This document shows positions 11,650 to 22,949 of a stretch of 64,000 nucleotides of DNA, piece by piece (the stretch's first letter is position 1; the number at the start of each line of letters is the position of its first letter). The notes beneath the pieces are model-generated. The model worked only from the letters and a program-made list of their open reading frames with translations. It was not told the origin of the DNA and searched no databases. A program made the translations under genes and the position numbers. This DNA is from Octopus sinensis (lineage: Eukaryota), in assembly GCF_006345805.1 (NCBI RefSeq), contig NC_043011.1, forward strand, positions 620,001 to 684,000, in the 5' to 3' direction.

Positions 11650-13270
11650 AGTTTGGAATAACTTTAAACTTTCCTTCGCTGGAGTTACCAAGTCATCTCA
11701 TCAGAGAATACAATTCTCTGAAGAAGAACCTAAAAATGCCAGGCATCTAGTCAAGAGAGACGGGCTAGCTGTGAAGCTAAATGCCCCCTTTGAGACTATC
11801 CAGGATACGATATGTCGCACACTGACATACCTTACAATCAGATTAAAATCAAGGAGGGTAGAAAGAGCCACAGAGGCTCAAATGCAAAAAGCTTTAGGTT
11901 CCTTCTTGAATCTAAAGGAATATATACAGAGAGGAAGGGGCTATGAGATGGTGGAGGTCAGATTTCACACAGAGGAAGAAGCGAAATATCACTCTCTGAA
12001 TCGCCTCATAAGCGAGGGGTCAGAGACTGGCCAAAATCATCATTCACCAGGTGCCGCCAGAAATAGCCATTCCTTGGCTAATTGCCTCAGTAACGATAGG
12101 CATCGAGGAAAACTCGAAAATCCTCGAAGTCTATCAGACCAAAAAGGAGCACAGGTCCGGGATGACGTTAGAGGTCCTTATCCAAACGACCCAAAACAAT
12201 GTGGATCTCATCCCGGACTAGATCCTTCTTTCTGGAGGCAGCAAAATTCCAGTCAGGGTAGATGAAAGGAAAGCAAAGTGTCATATTTGATTTTCGACTA
12301 ATTATTTAAAAGTTTTTTGCCCTAGATTGAAGGAAAAAGAGAGGGGGCACCTCTCCTCCCTACACCAATAACGGCTACCAAAATTCGAGCGACAACAGCA
12401 GAAGCACCATAACCGTCAGCAGATTCAGCTGTGGAACCAGCGACACCAACCATACCGACACCGAGTTTTCCCAAACACTTCTCAGTGCCCGAAGATGTTC
12501 CACTTCCGGATGCGGAGCGGGTGGACATCACAAGTGGAGAGTCGGACCGCTATGAGGAGTGGAAGTTGAAAACAAAAAAAAAATGGAAAAGAGACAGAAA
12601 AAAAAATAAACATATGGACAAACAACAACAATCCCCATCCACACAAGAAGTGGAAAGACGAAAATCAAAACAACAAAAACAAATACACCCAAAACAAACA
12701 CTGCATTAACACCACCACCTCTAACACCTGAAACACAAGCCACCCCACAACCACAGGCACCATCACAACAACAGCAACAAACACAAATTAAAGAGACCAG
12801 CGTTACAAACTACATGGCAATAAGCACAAAAAACAATGAATTAATGAAGTACATAATAACACACACACAAACAAACATTACGCCAGAAGATTTTATTGCA
12901 CTCACAATCTCCCTACATGCGCACATACAAATCATTCAAACAATACAAAAACATATACACACTTAAAAACCCAATTCCCACAGGAAATCGGATATTTTCG
13001 AGGGAATATCACCAAGAGAATTCTTGGTGATTTAGTAATGAAAACACCCCAAACCGAAAAGATCCGACAGTTCTTTACAAAATAATTGGAATAAAAATTA
13101 CAAGAATAAATACAGGCAACATACCAGCAGATAGAAAAATATCTGTGACCAATTTGAAAGAACAAAACTTATATAGTCAGGGGGAAAAATATAGGACTGT
13201 CGAAGTGGGGTACATTTCAGAGGAGGAGGCCAAAAATTACTCAGCAGCCCACCCTATTGTGTAATGAACT
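11650..13270 (+). pseudogene. Degraded LINE ORF1-like region (two related segments)
   Basis: EYIQRGRGYEMVEVRFHTEEEAKYHS (~11910-12000) resembles LYSQGEKYRTVEVGYISEEEAKNYS (~13170-13245); a basic low-complexity linker (EWKLKTKKKWKRDRKK) lies between them. Confidence 0.4.
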
Positions 13271-13562
13271 CATCCTCATGCCCATTTCCCTTGGCTGGAG
13301 GGTGTTCAAAAGAAGAATGCTAGACATAGTACCAGAAATCAACATCTGCTGGTTGGTGGTCACGGTTCTCTTCAACATGGTTGTGATGCGTGTTCCTAAT
13401 GTACTCCTATCAGACTGGTAGTCTTGATGGTTATGTTTGGTTTCGTATATTTGTTCCCTAGGGTCACTTTGATGTCATGTGCTGCTCTCTAACGCAATGA
13501 TAATAATGATGATGATGATGATGATGATGATGATACTACTACTACTACTACTACTACTACTG

Positions 13563-13617
<55 letters not shown>

Positions 13618-14389
13618 GTTATTCTTTTATTGGCCAGAAGGACTAATAAATACAAACATACAATAACATTAAGGGACATACAATAACATTAAAAGTCAAA
13701 AACCGGACGATACAATAGGTTTTGACGTTCGTGTACACAGTAAATAACAAAAAAAAAATAAACAAGGGGCAGGCGCTTTTGAGGAAGTTCCGGTTTTATC
13801 TTCACTATTTCCGACAGTTCCAGTCCAGCATTAACAATCACCATCCTTATCACTGTCTTCATCATAGTCATAAGGCCTATTAATTACGAAAGTATTAGAA
13901 AAGTAGCTAAGAAAAGTGTTGGCTACTGCCCGTAAGGGTTTTGTGGAAAATCGTCGTAAACATTATTGTCGGAAACATCTTGGTTGAAAGACATTCTCTA
14001 AAAGAACAACTGGTTAGAAGAACAAATTAATCCTAAACATATTAGTCGAAGAAGAAGCGGAATATTCGCTCAAATTTCGATATTCTTCAAAGCGATAGAA
14101 AAAAAAATGTTTTATTAATATTTGAATTATCTGTCAAAATCTCTAAGTCTTAAAATTTAGAAATTATTAGCATAAACATAAGAAGTTATGGTTGATATAT
14201 GATTTTTAAAAATCTGACGCTGACTGAAGTTGTTTGCAAAAACCATGAAATATAAACATTTATGACACCAAATCAATAGCATTTTTAAAGAAAGATGCAA
14301 TTGACGCAATCGACATCAACTGCTTAAATATCGATCCGCTACTTAGTATCCATTGATTGTTCTGGTCGTTTGTCTATGCTAGAAGTATT

Positions 14390-14812
14390 GGATCTTTTCG
14401 GTTTGAACGGCAGTTTTTTCTAGCGGTGTCATATGAAATTGTCACCCATAATTACAACCCTAGTATCGATCTATTGCATTTCTATCTGTTTTAGGGTTAG
14501 TGTTAGTTAGGGTTAGGGGTGGGAGGAAGGGTATCTTTTTTTCTTCACAAATGTAAATAAACCCAATCTGTTTCTTAAACGAGGGACATATTCATACGGC
14601 ACAGAATGTTTTTTTTTTACCTCAATGGACGTCATTGAAATTGCAGAAATTGAAGAAAAACAACAACAAATATCTTACTAACTATAGAATTTTCTCAATA
14701 AAGCCAAGAGAAAAAGGTGTTTTATAAACACATTCTACCAGTATACGAAGTTTAAAATTTTTTAGTTACCTAGAAATTATGTTAAAAACTGCCGTTCAAA
14801 CCGAAAGGATCC
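14390..14812. mobile_element. Telomeric-repeat MITE, copy 2
   Basis: Both TIRs present; exact TSD GAAGTATT; TTAGGG tract on the plus strand. Confidence 0.93.
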
Positions 14813-15043
14813 GAAGTATTTCTTACAAGCCCAACGGGTGTCGGATTTGTTGAGCACAGGACAAAATAGTCTGTTGCATTGGATAACGTCCCTATAGCTT
14901 CTGAGATGAAGTACCACTATGGCTATTTTTGCTTGTCGTTCATAGCACGATAAAATAAGCACCGGTCAAATTAATAGTCATATCTAATCGACTAAATTCC
15001 GCTCATAAGAATGCAGTAATAATATACATATGTTTGAAATCTT

Positions 15044-15455
15044 GGATCTTTTCGGTTTGAACGGCAGTTTTTAAAAATAATTTCCACGTAACAAAACACT
15101 TTTAAACTTCGTATACTGGCAGAATATGTTTATAAAACATCTTTTTCTCTTGGCATTCTTGAGAAAATTCTGTCGTTTGTAAGATATTTGTTGTTTTTTT
15201 CTTCAATTTCTGCAATTTCAACCAATCAAATTCTGTGCCGTATGAATATGTCCCTCGTTTAAGAAACAGATTGGGTTTATTTACATTTGTGAAGAAAACA
15301 ATGATACCCTTCCCCCACCTCTAACCCTAACCCTAACCCTAACCCTAAGCCTAAAAGAGATTGAAATGCAATAGATCGATACTAGTGTCATAATTATGGG
15401 TGACAATTTCATATGACACCGCTAGAAAAAACTGCCGTTCAAACCGAAAAGATCC
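15044..15455. mobile_element. Telomeric-repeat MITE, copy 3 (opposite orientation to copy 2)
   Basis: Both TIRs; TSD GAAATCTT/GAAATCGT (7 of 8); CCCTAA tract on the plus strand. Confidence 0.93.
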
Positions 15456-15862
15456 GAAATCGTTATTGTTGCTATTATCACTAAAGAAGTTAGAGTGATG
15501 CTATATATGCGCACCCACACATTCACATAAAGTAACTGAAAATATATTCCATTCAAAACCAATTTCTTCATATTTAAAGTAATAAGTTAAAAAATTAGTC
15601 GAGATTGACATTTTTTTCTTTTTGAAAGTCCTTTCCAAAAATAACGTGAAAATAATTGAAAATATATTTCATTACAAAATAACTTTTTATCGCTTAAAAA
15701 GGGGAGAAAATTAGACGATGTTATGTTTCAATGAATTACTATGTTGTTTATAAGTATTTCAACGAATATCTTTCTATATATTTGATGTCGACTAATATGT
15801 TTCTGTTCAATCTATCTTGAATGTAATTTGTCACTCGACCGATCTGTCTCACAATGAATTTG

Positions 15863-16537
15863 GGATCTTTTTCCCTTTCAACGGCAGATCGAGAAATAAA
15901 GTTTTTGTAACTATAACACTTTCAAACTTCGGAAACTGGTAGAATGTGTCATATAAAACATCTTTTACTCTTAGTGTTGTTGAGAAAAGTTTATATTTTC
16001 AAAGTTATTTCGTGTTAAAGTTGTCGTATTTCGGTAATTTCAACCAATGTATTTCGACCAGTGTATTCAGCTGAATAAAATTATTGCCTTTGTTTGTCAA
16101 CAACAACTATCGGCGGTGTATATTTCGTCTGTCGCTGTTATTTATGACATCGTTCGTACGTTTGTACTGGTTTTAGCTTTAGGGTTTTAGGGTTAGGGTT
16201 AGGGTTTTAGGGTTGGGGTTAGGGTTTTAGGGTTAGGGTTAGGTTAGTAGAAATACACGAACGATTGTGGTGATGCTATGAAGTAAACATGCTTCAGATA
16301 CACTCGTTTATTCATACAAACAGTAACAAACGAAATATACACCGCCAGAAGTTGTTGACAAACAACAGCAGCAAATTTATTAAGCTGAATACACGTCATT
16401 GATTGGATGAAATTGCCGAAATACGACAACTTTAACAGGAAATAACTTTGAAAATGTAAAATTTCTCAACAACACTAAGAGTAAAAGATGTTTTATATGA
16501 CACATTCTACCAGTTTCCGAAGTTTGAAAGTGTTATA
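15863..16537. mobile_element. Foldback element related to the telomeric MITE, right terminus lost
   Basis: Left end GGATCTTTTTCCCTTTCAACGGCAG; imperfect inverted arms ~15912-16146 and ~16313-16537; TTAGGG/TTTTAGGG tract at 16171-16247 between the arms. Confidence 0.8.
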
Positions 16538-16544
16538 CACCGGC

Positions 16545-17176
16545 TAAATCTATCATGGCAAATAATATATTCATTTGAAGTTAGCGTAGAGCAACCAGAA
16601 ACGAGATGGTCAATTACTTCTCTGGTTACACCACAAAAGCGGAAGAATGCTTGCTTAGTAGTTTCTGGTGAGCAGATTTCGATCCCGAGCTGCTATAATG
16701 AAGCTCTCAGTTTATGATTTAAGTTCAGATACAGCCAGTTTTGATGGGTCATATTTGTATATACATCCGGATTGCTTGCCCTTGTAGGGTATTATCCATA
16801 CAATACTGTACTTTTCCATGTACTTTGCAGCACCGAGATTGCGTTTGATTATAGCCTTTAACTGTTGTGCTATCACGGCGGGTTCTTCTGCTTCATCGAG
16901 TTGTGTCCCAATTTAGCTGATCCTCAATTTCTATACATACTTCTTTGCTTCTTCTGATATTGAGTGCATTTTTAGGAACGTTCATACTCACAGCAAGTTT
17001 AAGCATCCAGTTGCTGGTGTAATTTGGATAGGAGTCTATCTCTATGGCTGCTATTTTTTAAGAGACAGTTGCAGTTGTATTATTTCACGTCCGCCATCAT
17101 TTCGTGGGCCGTATAATGTATGTATATCTGCCTTTAAGTGCGGTATGCGGTGCACTGTGAGGAGCTTACGTATTTT
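16545..17176 (-). pseudogene. Degenerate R4/Dong-like fragment (RT thumb to CCHC region)
   Basis: TKIRKLLTVHRIPHLKADIHTLYGPRNDGGREIIQL aligns with TRKIMTGSRMHHPKSDIERLYIQRIEGGRGLIQL of the large ORF. Abuts the same (TAA)n tract. Confidence 0.75.
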
Positions 17177-17226
17177 TGTTGTTGCTGTTATTATTATTAT
17201 TATTGTTATTGTTATTATTATTATTA

Positions 17227-17266
<40 letters not shown>

Positions 17267-17391
17267 CATTATTATTATTATTATTATTCAGTAGTTTTAT
17301 TTTTATTTTTATAGCGTGCTTTCACTTCACTACCGAGCGCAGCTCTGTGTGCCTTGGGTATGTGCTGTGATTTGTTGTGATGCTCTGATGG

Positions 17392-19980
17392 TTATTGTTT
17401 GGAAAGTGTTCTGCGTAGGATGTGTGCAGTGCCTAGTAGTGCAATTTTCTGTATGTTATATGTGTTTGTAAGTCCTGGTGTTTTTGTTATGTATTTGTCT
17501 GAATATTTTTTTATCATGCCTAATGCACCTACTATGATAGGAATTGTTTCTGTTTTCAGATTCCACATTCTAGTTACCTCTATTTCCAGGTCTTTGTATT
17601 TTGAGAGTTTCTCCATTTCTTTTAGAGACACGTTGTCATCTGCCGGTACTGATACATCAATTAGAAAGCATTTTTTTTCTTCATGGTCTCTGACAACTAT
17701 ATCTGGTCTGTTGGCCTTAAATTCTCTATCTGTGTGTATCGGCATATCCCAGAGTATGGTTGTTTTCTCGTTTTCTGTGACCTTTTCTGGTGTGTGCCTA
17801 TACCATCTTTTTTCTGTTGTTATTCCATAATGTTGGCATAGCTTCCAATGTATGTAGGTTCCAACTCTGTCATGTCTGTGAATATATTCCTTCTTAGCCA
17901 GGACTGGGCAGCTAGAGATAATATGATTTATTGTTTCTTGTCCATCTCCACATATTCTGCAGTTACTTGTAATATTTCTTTTCATTACATGTTTTTGGTA
18001 ATTTCTGGTGGGGAGGCTTTGGTCTTGTGCTGCAATTAAAAATCCCTCTGTTTCTGCTTTGAGTCCTGAGCTTCTCAACCATTGCTGGGATTTTTCTTTG
18101 TCTATTTCTTTTGCGTTTAGTTTAGTGCAGTATTTACCATGAAGGGGCTTTTCTTGCCATCGTTTTATCATGGTTCGTTGCTGTTCTATTTTTAGTTTGG
18201 ATTTCATTTGTTTTATAGCTTTTGTTGTTTCTTCATCTTCTTTTTCTTCATGTTTATTAGGTGGTATGATTTCTTGTTTGTATTTGTCAGCTTCCTTAAA
18301 TACTGAGAACAGTTTTTTGTTTTGCTCGTGTTTTGCCGCTATCTGGATCAGTTTTCCTTCCTTCTGAAGTAGATATTTTTGCAGTCCTATGGTGGTTATT
18401 TTATAGTAGTTTTCCAGTTGTATAAGGCCTCTACCACCTTCTATACGTTGTATATATAGTCTTTCTATGTCAGATTTTGGGTGATGCATCCTAGATCCTG
18501 TCATTATTTTTCTTGTTTTCCTGTCTATTTTGGTCAGTTCATTTCGTGTCCAGTTAAGGATATTGTAGCTGTAACTTATAACTGGGACAGCTAAAGTGTT
18601 GATACCTATTATCTTGTTTTTAGCATTGAGCTCTGTGTTTAGTATTGATCTAACTCGTCTATAATATTCTTTTTTTATTTTCTCTTTCATTTGTGTGTGT
18701 TGTGTCTTATCTAGTTCATGGATTCCTAAGTATTTGTAAGTTTGGCTTTGGTCTAATTCTTTTATTTCATTTGCTTCATCTAGTGTGATGTTGTTACTCT
18801 TAACTAGTTTTCCTCTTTTCATGGTTACTTTGGCGCATTTTTCTAATCCAAATTTCATATCTATTTCTTTGGTAAATCCATGAACTGTCTTTAATAGTGT
18901 TTCCAGCTGTTTGTCATTTGCAGCGTATAGTTTTAGGTCATCCATATATAAAAGGTGGCTGATCGTTTTGCCGTAACATTTATATCCGCATCCAGTTCTA
19001 TTTAGCATATCAGATAGAGGTGACAGTGCCAAGCAGAAAAGGAGTGGAGAGAGCGTATCTCCCTGGAATATTCCTCTTCTAATGGGGATGTCTTTGGTTT
19101 TCATGAGTCCCTCTTTTGTTTGGAGGTGTAGGTCTGTTTGCCATTTATTCATAGAGTGCTCTATGAATTTTATGATTGTTGGTGCTACTTTGTTAATGGC
19201 TAGTGTTTCGAGGATCCATGTGTGGGGGATGCTATCAAACGCCTTTTTGTAGTCAATCCAGGCCATACTGAGGCCTTTCTTCTTTCTGTGGCTGTCTTCA
19301 GTTATGGCTTTATTAATCATTAGTTGATCTTTACAGCCATATGAGCCTTTGCGGCATCCTTTCTGCTCTTCTGGGAACAGTTTGTTTTCGTCCAGGTGCT
19401 TGTTCAGCCTTTGTGATATCACTGCAGTAAATGCCTTGAACATAGTAGGGAGGCAGGTTATTGGTCTGTAGTTTTCTGGTTTTTCTGTTTCATTTGATTT
19501 GGGAATTAAGATGGTTTTCCCCTTCGTGAGCCATTCAGGCATTGTCTCTGGCTCTGCTAGTACGTTGTTAAAATTTTCAGCCAGCTTTTTGTGCATTCCT
19601 GTTAGATATTTCAACCAGAAGTTGGGGATCTTGTCATGCCCAGGTGCCTTCCAGTTGCTTAGTCTTTGCAGTGCCTGGGTGACCTCTTCAGTTGTTATGG
19701 GGGTCCAAGTTTGTTCAGATGCCGAGTTTGTTATTTTGATACTCCTTTTTTTTGGTGGTTCGTTCGCCGACCATATTTCTCCCCAGAATTCTTCCAATTC
19801 TTCTGCCGTTGGTGCTGCAGTGACTTCTATTTTATTTTTGCCCAGTTCTTGGTAGAACTTTTTGGGGTTGGAGTTGAACTTTTTGTTTTCTTCAAAGAAG
19901 CGTTGGCGTTTCTTGTACCGGCGGATCCTTTGTGCTTTGGCAAGGATATCTTGCTTCAGCTTTTCTTTTATTTCAGGCAA
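17392..19980 (-). CDS. Reverse transcriptase + CCHC zinc knuckle + restriction-like endonuclease (R4/Dong ORF, main part)
   Basis: 862 open codons with NYRPITCLPT, WIDYKKAFDS, GIFQGDTLSPLLF, LLYMDDLKL, CRICGDGQETINHIISSC and RPDIVVRD...LIDVSVP...KY (PD-(D/E)XK). Confidence 0.93.
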   Translation of the reverse strand: MPEIKEKLKQDILAKAQRIRRYKKRQRFFEENKKFNSNPKKFYQELGKNKIEVTAAPTAEELEEFWGEIWSANEPPKKRSIKITNSASEQTWTPITTEEVTQALQRLSNWKAPGHDKIPNFWLKYLTGMHKKLAENFNNVLAEPETMPEWLTKGKTILIPKSNETEKPENYRPITCLPTMFKAFTAVISQRLNKHLDENKLFPEEQKGCRKGSYGCKDQLMINKAITEDSHRKKKGLSMAWIDYKKAFDSIPHTWILETLAINKVAPTIIKFIEHSMNKWQTDLHLQTKEGLMKTKDIPIRRGIFQGDTLSPLLFCLALSPLSDMLNRTGCGYKCYGKTISHLLYMDDLKLYAANDKQLETLLKTVHGFTKEIDMKFGLEKCAKVTMKRGKLVKSNNITLDEANEIKELDQSQTYKYLGIHELDKTQHTQMKEKIKKEYYRRVRSILNTELNAKNKIIGINTLAVPVISYSYNILNWTRNELTKIDRKTRKIMTGSRMHHPKSDIERLYIQRIEGGRGLIQLENYYKITTIGLQKYLLQKEGKLIQIAAKHEQNKKLFSVFKEADKYKQEIIPPNKHEEKEDEETTKAIKQMKSKLKIEQQRTMIKRWQEKPLHGKYCTKLNAKEIDKEKSQQWLRSSGLKAETEGFLIAAQDQSLPTRNYQKHVMKRNITSNCRICGDGQETINHIISSCPVLAKKEYIHRHDRVGTYIHWKLCQHYGITTEKRWYRHTPEKVTENEKTTILWDMPIHTDREFKANRPDIVVRDHEEKKCFLIDVSVPADDNVSLKEMEKLSKYKDLEIEVTRMWNLKTETIPIIVGALGMIKKYSDKYITKTPGLTNTYNIQKIALLGTAHILRRTLSKQ

Positions 19981-20242
19981 ATCTTTTCTGTGATGTTATA
20001 TTTGCGGAGTATTTTTGTTCTCTTTTTGTTGCTCAGTAGCGTTGATTCTTTGCTGATTTCATTAAGAATCGACAGGTCTTTTCTATTTTTTTTATTTTGC
20101 TTTGGATGTTATTTATCCACAGGGTTTGTTTGGGTGGTGGTACTCCTGTTTGGGCGGGTTTGGGTGAGTATCCAGCTTCTTTTGTGGCTGCAGTGGCTGC
20201 TGCGTATATTAGGTTATTTAGCTCAGTGATATCACTTTTTTT

Positions 20243-21031
20243 TTATTCAGTGGCTATCAGTTCAGTGACGGCTAGGTTTATGCTGTTTATAATAGGTGTT
20301 GTTATTTTGTTTATTTTGATTCTTGGGAGGTATGGTCGGTGGTCCATTGTGAGCTCTGTGGTTTTCAGTTCTTTGATTATTTTATTTTTTATATTATCAT
20401 AATCATTAGGCTCCCCTTCGTTGTTTACATCGTGTTTGTTGGGAATGTTGCGTTTGTCTTCGTGTTTTACAGTTTCAGTGTTTATATTATTGGGCATTGT
20501 TGTGCGGCTTCTACCTACATTTTCATGGTGTATGTTTTCTTTTAGGTGTTCTATTTCTATTTCTGATATTTTTTTTGTGTTGAGAATGTATCTTCGTACG
20601 TTAGCTAATTTATTAGGGTTCATTGCTGTATCCAAGTCTAAATCTCTATTATTTTCCTTCCATATTTTATATGTATGTGTTGTTGTATTTTCATTTTTTG
20701 TATAGAGTACTGCTGTGAAGTATGCGTGTAAGATAGAAATGTATTCCTCACGTGTCCATTTACGTCTTTTGGGTTTTATTTGCGGGACATGAGGTACAAC
20801 GTCCGGCCCATTATTTTGACGGTCGTCATTTTCGTAGGGTACCGGTCCGTTTATTTCTGTTGTCACATTATTTCGCACGTGTAGTTTTTCGTGCATTTTT
20901 TGTTGTAGGTTTAATGTACGTACCGCTCGATTGTTATTCTTGGGTTGAATAGTATCGGTGGCATTTAATTTCTTCGTAGTTCCTTTGTACATGGTGTTTG
21001 GGGTCGGAGATGATCGTGATGTTTCACGCAT
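20243..21031 (-). CDS. N-terminal part of the same R4/Dong ORF
   Basis: First ATG at 21031; KRRKWTREEYISILHAYF motif; reading continues in frame past the TAA at 20243-20245 (KKSDITELNNLIYAAAT...WINNIQSKIKK). Confidence 0.85.
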   Translation of the reverse strand: MRETSRSSPTPNTMYKGTTKKLNATDTIQPKNNNRAVRTLNLQQKMHEKLHVRNNVTTEINGPVPYENDDRQNNGPDVVPHVPQIKPKRRKWTREEYISILHAYFTAVLYTKNENTTTHTYKIWKENNRDLDLDTAMNPNKLANVRRYILNTKKISEIEIEHLKENIHHENVGRSRTTMPNNINTETVKHEDKRNIPNKHDVNNEGEPNDYDNIKNKIIKELKTTELTMDHRPYLPRIKINKITTPIINSINLAVTELIATE

Positions 21032-21257
21032 GTTTACATGTGTTGCGTTAGAGGTGGAGATGATATCGAGTCAAAATACATCATTTCGTTTCGAAAATAG
21101 TAATAAATTTCAATTTGTATTACTTACTCGGATACAGTCCAATTCTTTGTTAGTAAAACTTTGGCTCCATAGGATGTCCTTGTTTTCGATGTTTGTGGAT
21201 AGGTTTCGGAGCTCTGAATTTTCCTTCTTACATCTTAAAAGTCCCCCGGTGTTCTCC

Positions 21258-21308
<51 letters not shown>

Positions 21309-21493
21309 CATTATTATTATTATTATTAATAATAATAATAATAATAAAAATAATACCTGTGAATTTGCGCGTGTAACCTGGGAATGAAAACAATGAGCTT
21401 CTCTGCCCTAGGTGTACGGAAAATACTCGACGAGAAACGGAAGAAAATTTGAAGAAAGGACACAACAACAACAACAATAATAATAATAATAAT

Positions 21494-21529
<36 letters not shown>

Positions 21530-22413
21530 CTCGGACAAAATGCCTTGTGGTATTTGGTCATGGTTTTTTTACATTCTAAGTTAAAATCCCGCCAAGGTCA
21601 TCTTTGTCATTCTACTTTCAGAAAATGATGAAATGAACTAGCCGTCAAAAACTGCAGTCGGTTTATTCAACTTACACCGTTCCCTCCAAATTTCTGGTCA
21701 CGTGCCTACATTAGAAACCATTATTTTAAAAAATCCTTTTTAACACTTCTGTCTTGAAATTGTCAAAGGACACTAATAGATTAGAAGTAGTTTCACTGAA
21801 AACTTTTAATGTGGAAGACAAAAAATGGATTATATAATGTCTAACATAGTTTTATGTGTAATGGTTTCACTGTTTTTTGTGAATAAGGAAAATGTTATGT
21901 GAATGTAGAAAAAATCAACCAAACTAAATGGAATATCAATGAGAATAAAATAAAAAGTCGAAAGAAGATTTACAGAGAGAAGTTATTAGTTACAGAGAAA
22001 TACATGATACACATGCATCATCAGATTCTTTGGATAGTTTTTCTGATTGGTAGAAAGTGCGATATATGAGTATAAGAAAAGAGATGAGAAACTAATGCAT
22101 GTCCTTGGATTAAGATTAAGAAATGAACGAAACTCACGCAAATCTATAGGGGTTTATATTAATTTCGAACTTAGCCATACGATCTAAAATTTAGGATATT
22201 TCTCCTGTGGCGACAGGATGAACATGTGCAATGCTGATGTTTTTGCGGTGGATGCCGTAAAGCAGTTTAGTGTTGTACGACACCGTTAGCTGTAATTTTA
22301 TTTTATGCCAATGAATAACTGAAGAAATTAATATATTTTTGACACACGCTCAATTTTGTAAATCGTGGTGGGCACGTAGATTTTTTCCAATCCGTCATGC
22401 TATCACAATATTG

Positions 22414-22822
22414 GGATCTTTTCGGTTTGAACGGCAGTTTTTTCTAGCGGTGTCATATGAAATTGTCACCCATAATTATGACCCTAGTATCGATCTATTG
22501 CATTTCAATCTGTTTTAGGGTTAGGGGTGGGGGGAAGGGTATCTTTTTTCTTCACAAATGTAAATAAACCCAATCTGTTTCTTAAATGAGGGACATATTC
22601 ATACGGCACAGAATGTTTTTTTACCTTAATGGACGTCATTGATTGGTTGAAATTGCAGAAATTGAAAAAAAACCAACAAATATCTTATAAACTATAGAAT
22701 TTTCTCAATAAAGCCAAGAGTAAAAGGTGTTTTATAAACACATTCTACCACTTTACGAAGTTTAAAATGTTTTAGTTACCTAGAAATTATGCTAAAAACT
22801 GCCGTTCAAACCGAAGAGATCC
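22414..22822. mobile_element. Telomeric-repeat MITE, copy 4
   Basis: Both TIRs; TSD CAATATTG/CAGTATTG. Confidence 0.93.
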
Positions 22823-22949
22823 CAGTATTGCGATATTTCTGCGTATTAAGACATTTTCCAAATTCGGCGTCGTTAGAACGCCAAACACGTTAAGTTAGAT
22901 ATAAAGACTGTCTTTTGGTATTAAATACTGCTTTTGTCGATGATAATTA

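Larger units (their letters stand above)
17288..21257 (-). mobile_element. Nearly intact R4/Dong-clade non-LTR retrotransposon inserted in (TAA)n
   Basis: ~225-bp 5' UTR, single interrupted ORF, ~100-bp 3' UTR; (ATT)n/(TAT)n microsatellite on both flanks. Confidence 0.92.

Noticed and set aside
16171-16247. TTAGGG tracts as a true telomere or chromosome-fusion scar
   Set aside because: Short, degenerate and always internal to TIR elements; the six MITE copies each have their own TSD.
21032-21257. Self-cleaving ribozyme in the R4/Dong 5' UTR
   Set aside because: A GAAA-CCUAU/AUAGG pairing exists, but there is no CUGANGA and no NUH, and I could not build an HDV-like fold by eye.
21258-21350. 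(TAT)n-to-(AAT)n strand switch as a designed palindrome
   Set aside because: Explained adequately by juxtaposed microsatellites of opposite orientation next to retroelement ends.
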